Counted from the whole stretch's first letter, positions 1 to 10,779 are shown. The stretch: DNA of 63,835 bases, filler included, from Octopus bimaculoides (GCF_001194135.2; 7 parts of 7 records of this genome joined end to end with filler, not necessarily neighbours in it); one strand, 5' to 3'. Numbers and translations: made by a program. The notes: generated by a model from the sequence alone, not told the origin.

Positions 1-250
1 AAATATATGGTGATTGTCTACTCCTTACACAGAGTTTGACCACCTCCTGCACCTACTCCTTAGCCCTTTCATGGCGTCTGATGTGGCTTTTTAAACCAGA
101 CAATGTTCTGAAAAAACGCCCACACAGATTGCACCTCTGATTTGTACTATGAATACCTGCAGCTAAGTTCTGTGCATTGTGGATCCTAACATGTCTTTTA
201 AGACCCCCATTGGATTTGAAAGCCCTCTGGCACACACCACATTCAAACGT
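1..250 (-). mobile_element. Probable 3' end of a LINE (RTE-like) encoding two C-terminal C2H2 zinc fingers; alternatively an isolated ZnF exon
   Basis: Minus frame FECGVCQRAFKSNGGLKRHVRIH...RCNLCGRFFRTLSGLKSHIRRHERAKE* (stop 53-55). The 15-aa linker is not TGEKP-type. No AG acceptor lies between the upstream (GT)n tract and the first finger. A short 3' UTR-like stretch ends in ATAT. GLxSHxRxH fingers are typical of RTE-clade C-termini. Confidence 0.5.
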
Positions 251-544
251 GTGCACAGACATACACACACACACACACATACATATATATATTGAGAGAT
301 AGGTATATGTATACACACATGTGTGTGTCTGTGTGTGTATACACTTATACATATTAATATACACCTGTGCATGTGTACACCTATGCATGTGTGTATGTGT
401 ATGTCTGTGTACACATGTTTGTTTATATTTTGCAGAAGATGAAATCTGTGAACTATGTTATTTTTGGAAAAGGAAATGATATTTTGAAAACAAAAAATGT
501 ATTTAATATTTAATTTCATGTACATATTTATATATATATATATA

Positions 545-556
<12 letters not shown>

Positions 557-634
<78 letters not shown>
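557..634. repeat. (GA)n microsatellite
   Basis: Direct reading of the sequence. Confidence 0.95.
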
Positions 635-638
<4 letters not shown>

Positions 639-974
639 TTGATAAATTAAATTTGCCTGCATTTAGTGTCTGTAACTGTCACTCACTTCCACTCCATTCG
701 TTGTATTAGCTTTCTTTTCTCAGTCTAACTGATTCGTCCATAAATTATCCTTACAACTTCCACACTTCTGAACTACAAATTGTAAAAGTGATTTATACCC
801 CACCCACAAATCCGTTTTCAAAAAAAAAACAAAGATCACAGTCAACATGATGGAGTTCAAATTAGTTGAAAGCACACAGAAAACCTAACTCATGAACCAA
901 TTTCATTTCGTGAAAACATTGGTTAATGTACAAAATTTGTTTTTATAAATGTAAGTATATCCCTCTCTGTTAGG

Positions 975-1070
975 AGGCTATAGCAGGAGACACTTGCCCA
1001 AGGTCCCACACAGTGGGACTGATCCAGAAACCATGTGGCTAGGAAGTAAACTTCCTAACCAAACAGCCAT
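975..1070 (-). mobile_element. tRNA-derived SINE family A, head fragment
   Basis: Reverse complement reads GGCTGTTTGGTTAGGAAGTTTACTTCCTAGCCACATGGTTTCTGGATCAGTCCCACTGTGTGGGACCTTGGGCAAGTGTC, matching heads at 14710, 15535, 9130-9220 and 18820-18900. Confidence 0.8.
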
Positions 1071-1159
1071 ATATATATATTATCATAAATATGAGGGTTT
1101 TAACTGGCCTTTATAGCATGTAAGGAGTCCTGTCAATGGTCTCCTCTTTATATATATAT

Positions 1160-1490
1160 GTACTAGCAGTATAGCCCGGCTTTGCCCGGGATTAAGTTGG
1201 GATTATTAAGCTAATCAAGTTCTTTATTTCAAACCAAACTAAGTAACATTGACATCAAATTTGGGCAGTATCAGTGTTGCAACTGGAGCGCATGGGTTGA
1301 GAGTTTGATCGGCAGAGGTGATCAGGTAACACATGCCAGACCTTTGAAAACACCACTGCCATCATGTAACCCCTCTTTGCCCATGGGTTAGGAACCCTTC
1401 CAGCTAGGAAAATAGAATGACCAAAAGGGCTCTCGATTCTCTGTGTCAGAAGCGGTTATGTTCAGATCACAACTAAGTCTTAAGTATATA
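1160..1490 (+). mobile_element. Possible non-autonomous Helitron/Helentron-like element
   Basis: Begins in a (TA)n tract with TACTAGCAGTATAGCCCGGCTTTGCCCGGG (ACTAG plus a short CCCGG..CCGGG hairpin), an end motif seen in such elements. The other end abuts a gap. Confidence 0.35.
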
Positions 1491-2779
1491 TATATATATA
1501 TATNNNNNNNNNNNNNNNNNNNNNNNNNNNNNNNNNNNNNNNNNNNNNNNNNNNNNNNNNNNNNNNNNNNNNNNNNNNNNNNNNNNNNNNNNNNNNNNNN
1601 NNNNNNNNNNNNNNNNNNNNNNNNNNNNNNNNNNNNNNNNNNNNNNNNNNNNNNNNNNNNNNNNNNNNNNNNNNNNNNNNNNNNNNNNNNNNNNNNNNNN
1701 NNNNNNNNNNNNNNNNNNNNNNNNNNNNNNNNNNNNNNNNNNNNNNNNNNNNNNNNNNNNNNNNNNNNNNNNNNNNNNNNNNNNNNNNNNNNNNNNNNNN
1801 NNNNNNNNNNNNNNNNNNNNNNNNNNNNNNNNNNNNNNNNNNNNNNNNNNNNNNNNNNNNNNNNNNNNNNNNNNNNNNNNNNNNNNNNNNNNNNNNNNNN
1901 NNNNNNNNNNNNNNNNNNNNNNNNNNNNNNNNNNNNNNNNNNNNNNNNNNNNNNNNNNNNNNNNNNNNNNNNNNNNNNNNNNNNNNNNNNNNNNNNNNNN
2001 NNNNNNNNNNNNNNNNNNNNNNNNNNNNNNNNNNNNNNNNNNNNNNNNNNNNNNNNNNNNNNNNNNNNNNNNNNNNNNNNNNNNNNNNNNNNNNNNNNNN
2101 NNNNNNNNNNNNNNNNNNNNNNNNNNNNNNNNNNNNNNNNNNNNNNNNNNNNNNNNNNNNNNNNNNNNNNNNNNNNNNNNNNNNNNNNNNNNNNNNNNNN
2201 NNNNNNNNNNNNNNNNNNNNNNNNNNNNNNNNNNNNNNNNNNNNNNNNNNNNNNNNNNNNNNNNNNNNNNNNNNNNNNNNNNNNNNNNNNNNNNNNNNNN
2301 NNNNNNNNNNNNNNNNNNNNNNNNNNNNNNNNNNNNNNNNNNNNNNNNNNNNNNNNNNNNNNNNNNNNNNNNNNNNNNNNNNNNNNNNNNNNNNNNNNNN
2401 NNNNNNNNNNNNNNNNNNNNNNNNNNNNNNNTTTATCTTATGATATTTACTTTACTTTATATTATACTCATTTATTGTGCTTTTAATTATTAATTTTTCT
2501 ATATGTGATAGTGGATTTTCATCGATGAGTTCTTGAAAATTGGTTATTTTCCCTAAAACTATATATATTTTATATATACTTTATCTATAAGGCTCAATTT
2601 AATTTTAGTTTTTAATAAATTGATTTTAATTGAGTTTTTTACCTGTAATTTTGTCCCTAATAATATTATATATATATATATATATATGGGCAACACACAC
2701 ACACACATACACACACGCACGTATGTACACCAATTGCATACATATTTTTTGTACGCATACATGTTCGTATGTGTCTGTG

Positions 2780-3118
2780 TTGCCTGTATATCAACAAAAC
2801 ACTTTTTTCCTCGCTGGAAAAAAAAAGCAACAAAAGTCTTAAGAACGTGCGCGTCGCTAGGAGGGGACTTAACTCCTGTTTGTAAACAATAGGTTTTTCT
2901 CCAACTTGAAAATGAAAATTGTTAAAAGTTATGGTTGAAAATCGATTTTCACAGTTATACGCGGGTGCCTCTGAGAGAAAAAGTTGACGAAAATGCAGAT
3001 AGGGTCATGACGAATGTCCTCCTAAAATTGGAGCGACATGCGTGCTAATTTGTGGACATGCATAAATTATATTCACGTACACACACACACATCTTGGCTT
3101 TTATAGATACGGATATAT
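2780..3118 (+). mobile_element. Unclassified young interspersed repeat (CpG-retaining, ends in CACACATCTTGGCTTTTATAGATACGGATATAT)
   Basis: CpG-rich block within CpG-poor surroundings. The microsatellite plus TTTTATA..GAT end resembles HINE/Helitron-type non-autonomous elements. Confidence 0.3.
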
Positions 3119-3184
3119 ATATTAATCAAAAAGTACAATAATATATATCCATAACAGATATAATACTGTACACTTCGATTAATA

Positions 3185-4780
3185 CACTGTTTCCTTTTAT
3201 TATGCAGGTCAATCATTCCTCACTAAAATCAAAACCCCTTGCCTAATTTTCTTAAAATTTTTATGGGATATGTAGGATTATGTATCCTATATCTTGTGTA
3301 CTTTTCATCTAAATCAGTGTACATTTAAAGCAAAATGAAGAAAAACATGTTTTTAGGATATTTCTTTTTATTATGCAAGTTAACAAGATACTGCTTTCCC
3401 CTATGTGATATGTGATTTTAAAATGTTTCTTAATTTCAGATACAGGGAATATAGAAAAGGGTCGAAGTAAAGATATAACATCAAAGGAGAAGAAAGAAAT
3501 AGTGAAACTACTGGGAGAAGGGGATACAACAATTGTAATTTCTAAAAAGCTAAATAGAGATCACAGAACAAAAAAAAAAGCAGGTACAAAACATTGAGAA
3601 AGTAAGAATAAGGAAGAAAACGGGTTTCAAGAACACCACAAATAAAGATAAGAGAAAACTCAAAAGAATTATATGCAAGAAAAGTGGGTTAATCAGCAAA
3701 CAAATCTTTGAAGAAGCAGGAATCTCTAACATACAAAGGAAAAAACCGTTGCACAATAACACTAAGAGAAATAGATAAAGTCATAAATTTCGTAAAATTG
3801 CCTCCTTTAAATAAAGTAGACAAAGAAAAAAAGAATGACGTGGGCAAAAAGATATATGAAGACAGACTTTACAAATGTAATTTTTACTGACGAGTAGAGA
3901 GCAACATTAGATGGACATGATGGATGAGCAAGAGGCTGGGTGTTACATGGGAAAAGTCAACCAATGCGATTAAGAAGACAGCAGGGTGGTAGAGAAATCA
4001 TGTTTTAGGCTGGTATAGTTGGAGGAGACATTATAGGTCCATTTAAGGTTGCAGATAGAGTCAAAATAAATGCTGAAAATTATTGCAAGTTTCTAGATAA
4101 CAACTTCTTCCATTGGTACAAGTCAATATCATGAAGTTTCAAGTTAAAGAGCATATTTATGCATGATAATGCCCCTTCACACTCTGCCAAACTAATTAGT
4201 AACCATTTAGCTAAGAAAGGTTTCAAAGAATATAAGACACTGGAATTAGATCTCTGGATCTAAACCCAACAGAAAATTTGTAGTCAGTTATTAAAAAAGA
4301 TGTATATCCTAATGGTAAACAATACCCAAACAAGGATTTACTATGAGAAGCAGTAAAAACTGCTGCAAGTTATATTAAAAGTGAAATCATTGAGAAATTG
4401 ACAAAATCAATTGATGAGATAATATTTAAAGTTATAGATGGTAAAGGAGGCTATATAAAGATGTAGATTATATACATAATTGTTTGTAAATATAATTATA
4501 TGATGGAAGATATACGTATATATTAATGGTCTGGTTGGTTATGTATTGTTCTATATGTAAATCACATTACATGTAGTTTATATAATTTTTGTCAACTTGC
4601 ACAATAAAAAGAAACACCCAATAAATGTGTTTTTCTTCATTTCTGCTTTAAATGTACACCAATGTAGACAAAAAGTATACGAGACATGGGATATATAATG
4701 CTGCATATCCCGTAAAAATTTCAAGAAAATTGGACAAGGAGTTTTGATTTTATTGACCTGCATAATAAAAAGAAACAGTG
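3185..4780 (+). mobile_element. Tc1-like DNA transposon, DD37E/TRT-like, full length (~1.6 kb) but decayed, with ~200-bp IR/DR terminal inverted repeats
   Basis: Left end TA|CACTGTTTCCTTTTATTATGCAGGTCAAT; right end ATTGACCTGCATAATAAAAAGAAACAGTG|CA. Inverted similarity spans about 3185-3388 vs 4588-4780. Each TIR holds a second copy of the TTTCTTTTATTATGCARGT motif (about 3358-3383 and 4588-4615). A transposase remnant lies between the TIRs. Confidence 0.93.
3457..4466 (+). pseudogene. Tc1/DD37E transposase pseudogene
   Basis: Fragments across frameshifts and stops: (M)GRSKDITSKEKKEIVKLLGEG...LNRDHRT; PPLNKVDK; TDE*RATLDGHDGWARGW...RLRRQQGG; IGPFKVADRVKINAENYCKFL; IFMHDNAPSHSAK; DLNPTENL; VIDGKGGYIKM*. 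These motifs match the TRT (DD37E) family. The D-to-E spacing is consistent with 37 after allowing for a small deletion in the WPP motif. Confidence 0.9.
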
Positions 4781-5590
4781 CATACCAACTCTTTTGACAA
4801 ATAAAGTGCATATCTTTTCTGACTTATGGATTCTTAGATGGCTATGTATGTATGTGTGTGTGTGTGTGTGTGTGTATCAGTCCATCCATCCACATACATT
4901 AATTACACATAAATATAATTTATTCATCGCCTCCCTCTATCTGCACTATGTACTACAAAGGGCCTAATCTCGTGACTCTACATCAACTCTGGCCAGCTGG
5001 ATCTATCACCACCGATCCACTGTGACCACTGATATTACAATTAAAAGAGGGCAGGAAGGAAAAAGGCAGTACACAAGAAGATTGTACACACATATATGAA
5101 TTCACACATTTGTATACATACATACATACATGCCTACATGCCTACATACATGCATACATACAGATAGACAGACAGACAGAGAAATAGATACATTCATAGA
5201 AGGTATAGTATTATAAATATGTACATACACACACAAATATATATGTATGTGTGTGTATATGTATATGTTAGTATTTATATATATATAAATATGTACACAC
5301 ATAAATATTATATATGATGTACGTATGTATGAGAGTAAATATATATGTATATATATACATACCTATAATACTAGGAAGTGAGATTAGAATTAAACAGACT
5401 GCAATGTGCTTGGAATCCATCATCAGAAAACATAACTATACATCATAGGGTGTATATTTTTTTAGACACCAGGTGGAGTAAAAGAAGATACAACGGTGAC
5501 AAATAGATAAGGCACACATAGTCATACAGATACATACGTACATGTACACACAGGTACTCACACAAATACATATATAAATATATATATGAA

Positions 5591-5640
<50 letters not shown>

Positions 5641-5807
5641 AATACACACACAAATATAAACACATACACACATATATAAAAATATCTGTGTATGTATATA
5701 TATATATNNNNNNNNNNNNNNNNNNNNNNNNNNNNNNNNNNNNNNNNNNNNTTAATTAATTAANNNNNNNNNNNNNNNNNNNNNNNNNNNNNNNNNNNNN
5801 NNNNNNN

Positions 5808-5863
<56 letters not shown>

Positions 5864-5933
5864 TATATATATATATATGCATGTATATGTGTGTGTGTGT
5901 GTGTGTATTTATTTGTTTTATAGTTTTGCAAGA

Positions 5934-8386
5934 TTATGATACTGATTTCTTTGGTCGCCAACCATTAACAAAATCAATAATTTTTTTTACTTCCAAAGTA
6001 TTTAGTTCTGGGAACCCATCTTGCAGTAATTTCCAATCCAGAGAAGCTAACATTTGTCCATCAATCTGTTCGTTTGCAAATCTTTTCACCACTCTGTCCT
6101 TCATGCCAATGTAACGCAGAGAACGAGAAACGTCTTGCACAGAAAGGCTACTAATATTGTCAGGTGGACGCCATCCATCGTCATTAAAAACATCTGTGTA
6201 GTCTGTATAGCTGAAATCACTCCCTGCCTGATAACCGTAGTCACCTTTTGAACAGAGAGATATAGCTGAGTCGTCACCATGTTTGGCACAGTTGTCGCTA
6301 AGTCCTGTTACAGACACAGATCGGACAAAATAACGATTGCCTGGATCACTCTCGGAGTATGGATTGTGGTTTGGCTGGTTGTTACCAACTTCAAAATAGT
6401 CATATGGTTGTTGAAATCCTTTGACATCATAATGGTCATGTGGACAACATTCTTCAGTCGGGGAACAGCTGGAACCAAATGATGCGGGTCTCGTTTCGTG
6501 GAAGGAATCAGTAAAATGAAGCATTTCTATCGCACTTTTCAGCCGTCTCATATTGTGGTGCCGTAAAGTTAAATTGGGATCCATTGTGTGAGAGCTGCGC
6601 TGAAGTTCTGCAGAATAGTGTGGGCAGTTGATCAGGTTTGGATTCTGATGACACTGGCAGATTTTCTGGACATTGTTTTGTCTTTGGAAACGACTCCGTG
6701 AAGAACTATGTTCTGCTGCAGCAGAATTCCTGCGAGAGCATGGAGTAGTTGGAGGTGGCTTGTGGGAGATTCGGTTTAGATTGGAAGTTGATACTGATGT
6801 TTCACTCAGTAACTTTCTATCAAGACTGGAATTGTGCTGAAAAGCAGATTTGTATCCATTTCTAGGTCTTCCACAGTTAGCATATGTTGTATCTTTGTAA
6901 AATTTAGGGATAAAGTTTGGCTGAAACACATCTCGAGATTGTGATACCACAATTGGATTTGTCAAGTTATGTTTCTGTGTTTTCTTTCTTTGCAAATGGG
7001 AAGGTACCATATAACCATCTTCTTCATTTTCTACTAAACTCATCTCATTTTCTTTAGAATTAAAATCAAGTTCTGGTTTTGCAAGGGAAGGGGACTTTGG
7101 TGGTGGGTTTGGTGCTTCTGGTAGATGCTCGTACAAAGTGTCAGTTGAAGACATGGACAATTTGCCATCTTCATCTACAATAGTTCCAGTTTCACTGTCG
7201 TCTTTGTTATCTAAAGGCACAGGAGGCAAGTCACGTTTCATCATTGATGGCTTCTTGCAGATTTTGGCATATTGACTCTCAAATGGATCGATCAGAGAAG
7301 ATTCTGGTGAACACAAAGGGGGACCCGTTGGTGTAATAGTGGATGTTGAAGACTGTGATGATATTGATCCATCAGCAGCCTTGTTCTCAGGTTCAGACTT
7401 GTTCTCAGATTCTTGACCATTATTCTTCTTGATGCTATTATTAGCCTCTTCTGTATAAGCAGAGTAGAATGCATCAAAAGGCATCTCAGCTTTACATAAT
7501 CGAGAAGAAAATACACCTTCTTCTTGGAGAGCTTTAAATGCTGCTCTTTCCTTTTTTGTCTTACGAGCACCAAACCTTTCAATGAAACCTGCTGCTTTCG
7601 GTTTCTTGGTGTCTTTTGTAGGAACACGAAGTGGTAAATCAACTTTTGGTTTTTGGTCAGTTTTATTGGAGAAAAATGGTGTTCTATTAAGAGATTTAGA
7701 TGCATAATTTGGAAGAACCAGGCTGCGAGTAGAAAGTTTTCTTACAAGTGGAGATTTTGGGGCTATATCTCTGATATAACGCAAATCTTCATCTAGAGGA
7801 AGTTCAAATGTTTCCCTTTGATCAAGGCGTTTTGATGCAACAACACAATCATCTTCATCAAGTGTTTTTAATTTTAACACTCCATGTGGTACATAATGTC
7901 TCTGATTGGGTTCTGCATGTACTAACTGAGCTTTCACAGGAAGATCAAAAGCTTTTGTTAAATCTTTTAGTTCATAGACAGCATCATAATTCTTCTTATT
8001 TGGGTCTCCAACAGGGCTAAATACACCTGTCATAATCAAAGGGATCATGACCTCATGACCTTGTCCATCAAAGCACTGAAGATATTTCAAGTCTTGATCT
8101 TTCTTTGTATTAATGGTACGGTACTTTAGGAATCTTTTAAATAAGTTTTTCATGTTAGTAGAAAGACAAGTCTTGCGATGATCCATATAAACCATTCCGG
8201 TACTTAGTACTTCACCTGGAAAAATCTCTCTTGGTACCCAGGATACAGAACCGTTTTCTTCTCCTAACTCATATCCAACTGTAGATGTACGCACCAGAAA
8301 TTTCTTGGGTTTGATGGCAGTGATTCCTTGTATTGAGTCAAAATATTCTACAGGTCGTCCATCGTCTGGAATCACTTCGAACCAAC
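5934..8386 (-). CDS. GAREM: Terminal coding exon of a GAREM-like (GRB2-associated regulator of MAPK) adaptor: CABIT domain (C-terminal part), Pro/Tyr-motif region, SAM domain
   Basis: Uninterrupted frame of ~817 codons. Acceptor TTTTTTTTTAG|GT at 8388-8387 (phase 1). Starts GWFEVIPDDGRPVEYFDSI...KFLVR...YLQCFDG...IPLIMTGVFSP...LPVKAQLVH (CABIT-like). Ends SSLSVQDVSRSLRYIGM...EQIDGQML...EVKKIIDFVNGWRPK, closely resembling the GAREM C-terminal SAM. The ORF-track start at 8483 is read-through of poly-T/gap sequence. Confidence 0.93.
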
Positions 8387-8435
8387 CTAAAAAAAAAAAA
8401 NNNNNNNNNNNNNNNNNNNNNNNNNNNNNNNNAAA

Positions 8436-8477
<42 letters not shown>

Positions 8478-8869
8478 CGACAAAACTGATTTGTAAAAAT
8501 TTCATTTGTAAATTCAAAACTTTTTCAATACATTAAATATATAAAAATGTTTCGTTTTGTTTAAAGGCACACAATGGCAAAGATGCTAAGTTCCTGTTTA
8601 AAAACTTAATACTACAATTAGTACTAGATTGTGCACTCAGAATAAAGTACTTGCCCCACTTAAGCCTAACAAGGAATAAATACTATTTCTAATTCTTGAA
8701 TAACCATTTAGTTTAAGGAAAGGATCACAAGTGCTAACCATGCATGAAAACTTTAAACTGTATGTAATCATCCTATTTAACAGCCATGAGGAACAAATCA
8801 TGCAAAAATAACAATAAAGAACTTTCCTTGCATCATTGTCTTTAACATCCATTTTTCTATATTTGCATG

Positions 8870-9220
8870 AGACAGACAGAATTTAACAAGGCAGACTTTT
8901 TAAGGCCAGATGTCGTTCCTGTCTCCAACTCTCATCTGTTTCCCTATAAGGTAATATTTACCCATAACCAGACATGTTTTCACAGAAGATTGGAAACAAA
9001 AAACACCATTTGTAGGATGGTGACATCTATTTACACCTATCACACCAAGCCAAGGCACACACACACACACGCACACACGATGGGTTCCTTTTCAGTTATC
9101 ATCTATCAAATTTACACATAAGGTTTTGGTTGACCTGGGTCTATAGTAGAAGACACTTGCTCAAGGTGCCACACAGTGGAACTGAACCCGAATCCAAGTG
9201 ATTGAGAAGCAAACAGTTTA
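8870..9220 (-). mobile_element. SINE family A copy (degraded)
   Basis: Head (AGAAGACACTTGCTCAAGGTGCCACACAGTGG) plus body homologous to 18500-18900. Confidence 0.75.
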
Positions 9221-9479
9221 ACCATTTAGCATTCAGGTTACTGTCAAATGTAATGCTTATTTATTCATGTTATTTTGAAATAATCATGCCTTATCTCATA
9301 GCTCAGAGATTTTGATGAGATTGTTTATTTTTAAAATGACATGGTGGGATAAATGTGAGAGGTTGGATTTTGGTCGGTTGGATTTTGGCCAGTTGGAAAA
9401 TAAAACAGGTAGAATATTTTGGCCAGTTATGGCTAGTTTAAATGCTAAAGGATTAAATTAATAAACAATATTAATGGAT

Positions 9480-9680
9480 TAGCTGAAAAGATAGTGGGTG
9501 AAATGAAATGCCTTGCAGTATTTAGATATGGCTCTTTAAGTTTTGAGTTCAAATCCCACTGATGGCAACTTTTCCTTTCATCCTTCTGGAGTTGCTATAA
9601 TAAAGTTTAGATAAGTATTAGGGTCAGTTAATCAACTATACTAAAACTTGTGGTCTTGTGTCTATGTTAGAAATCAATAT
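9480..9680 (+). mobile_element. SINE family B copy (degraded)
   Basis: TTTGAGTTCAAATCCCACTGATGGCAACTTTTCCTTTCATCCTTCTGGAG..ATAAGTA matches the family B core. Confidence 0.65.
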
Positions 9681-10027
9681 TATGAAATATTGATACTTTT
9701 GATACCAGACCTGCTTGAGGACTGAGATTGTTCCAGGTTCTATAATTCAAACTTCTTGCTTTAAAGTGACTTAAATTAAAACCTTTCATAAAAATTTCAT
9801 GCTATGTTTGAAACACCAGCTTAATAAAGATGAAATTATTTCACTAAATTCTTCATTATTTTCAAAGCTAATTGAAACATTTGGAGTATACTTTGAAAGA
9901 ATATAGTAACAAGATGGTTAAAAACATCTGGAAAGTATTTTCCCCATACAGTTCTATATTTAAGACATGAGGAATCATGTACATTATTTACATTTCACAG
10001 ATATTTGTCCTCATCTTGTTTGTTGTT

Positions 10028-10073
10028 AGCACAACGTTTCAGCTGATATACCCTCCAGCTTTCATCAGGTGTC
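10028..10073 (-). ncRNA. Minimal type I hammerhead ribozyme motif (left arm)
   Basis: Minus strand: GACAC CTGATGA A AGCTG gagggtatat CAGCT GAAAC GTT GTGCT. CUGAUGA and GAAA cores, 5-bp helix II, helix III reduced to the palindrome AACGTT, helix I CAC/GTG extending in the consensus. Confidence 0.75.
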
Positions 10074-10354
10074 TTGGGGAAATTTCGAACCTGGGTTCTC
10101 ATTCCTAAGGTATTTTTCACTTTTATTATTATTCAGGTCATTGCCTGGAATCGAACTCGGAATCTTGGGGTTAGTAGCGCATGCTCTTAACCACTACGCC
10201 GTATGCCCATGGGCATATGGCGTAGTGGTTAAGAGTGTGGGCTACTAACCCCAAGATTCCAAGTTTGATTCCAGGCAATGACCTGAATAATAATAATAAT
10301 AATAATAGCGAAAAATACCTTAGGAATGAGAACCCAGGTTCGAAATTTCTCCAA

Positions 10355-10400
10355 GACACCTGATGAAGGCTGGAGGATATATCAGCCGAAACATTGTGCT
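10355..10400 (+). ncRNA. Minimal type I hammerhead ribozyme motif (right arm, one helix III mutation)
   Basis: GACAC CTGATGA A GGCTG gaggatatat CAGCC GAAAC ATT GTGCT. A CpG-to-CpA change disrupts the AACGTT palindrome. Confidence 0.65.
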
Positions 10401-10779
10401 AACAACAAACAAGATGAGGACAAATATCTGTCAAATGTAAATAATGTATTTTCCCCATCGTTCTGTTAGTTCATTTCAGAGTGTCAGGTGTCTGTGTACA
10501 TACACACACACACGCATGTATGCGTGCACAGAAAGAGAGAGTGAGGGAGAGAGAGACATACACATATGTGCACACATCCATCTACAGAGAGAAGAGAGAC
10601 ATACAGACAGACATTTACTGTTAGAACCTGAAGCTTCATTCTGTTGCTATTCTGAGTTTCTCACATAGTGATCCTTTGGACAAGAGTATTGGAATAGGAA
10701 GAGAATGAAACTCAAGCACACGGATTGCAATACTCTTAATTTCTTTATCAATCATGCTATGCCCCACCACACACGTTTT

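Larger units (their letters stand above)
9948..10445. mobile_element. Loop-less palindromic insertion: two head-to-head copies of a tRNA-head/(AAT)n/hammerhead element with a 10-13 bp target-site duplication
   Basis: Symmetry centre TATGCCCA|TGGGCATA at 10209/10210. The arms are complementary over ~235 bp. The direct repeat GTATTTTCCCCAT flanks both ends (9935-9947 and 10446-10458). Each arm has A-box TGGCGTAGTGG and a B-box-like GAGTTCGATTCC. Confidence 0.92.

Noticed and set aside
5752-5763. TTAATTAATTAA islands inside N-gaps (also 20837, 44718, 48190, 59329, 62625)
   Set aside because: An identical six-frame-stop 12-mer centred in gaps is an assembly/scaffolding spacer, not biology.
10210-10285. 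tRNA gene
   Set aside because: A and B boxes are present, but there is no acceptor-stem closure and it continues into a repeat body; it is a SINE-type head.
10636-10760. Peptide EFHSLPIPILLSKG resembling the CABIT LP-x7-G spacing
   Set aside because: There is no credible acceptor, and it is the tail of a microsatellite-derived ORF.
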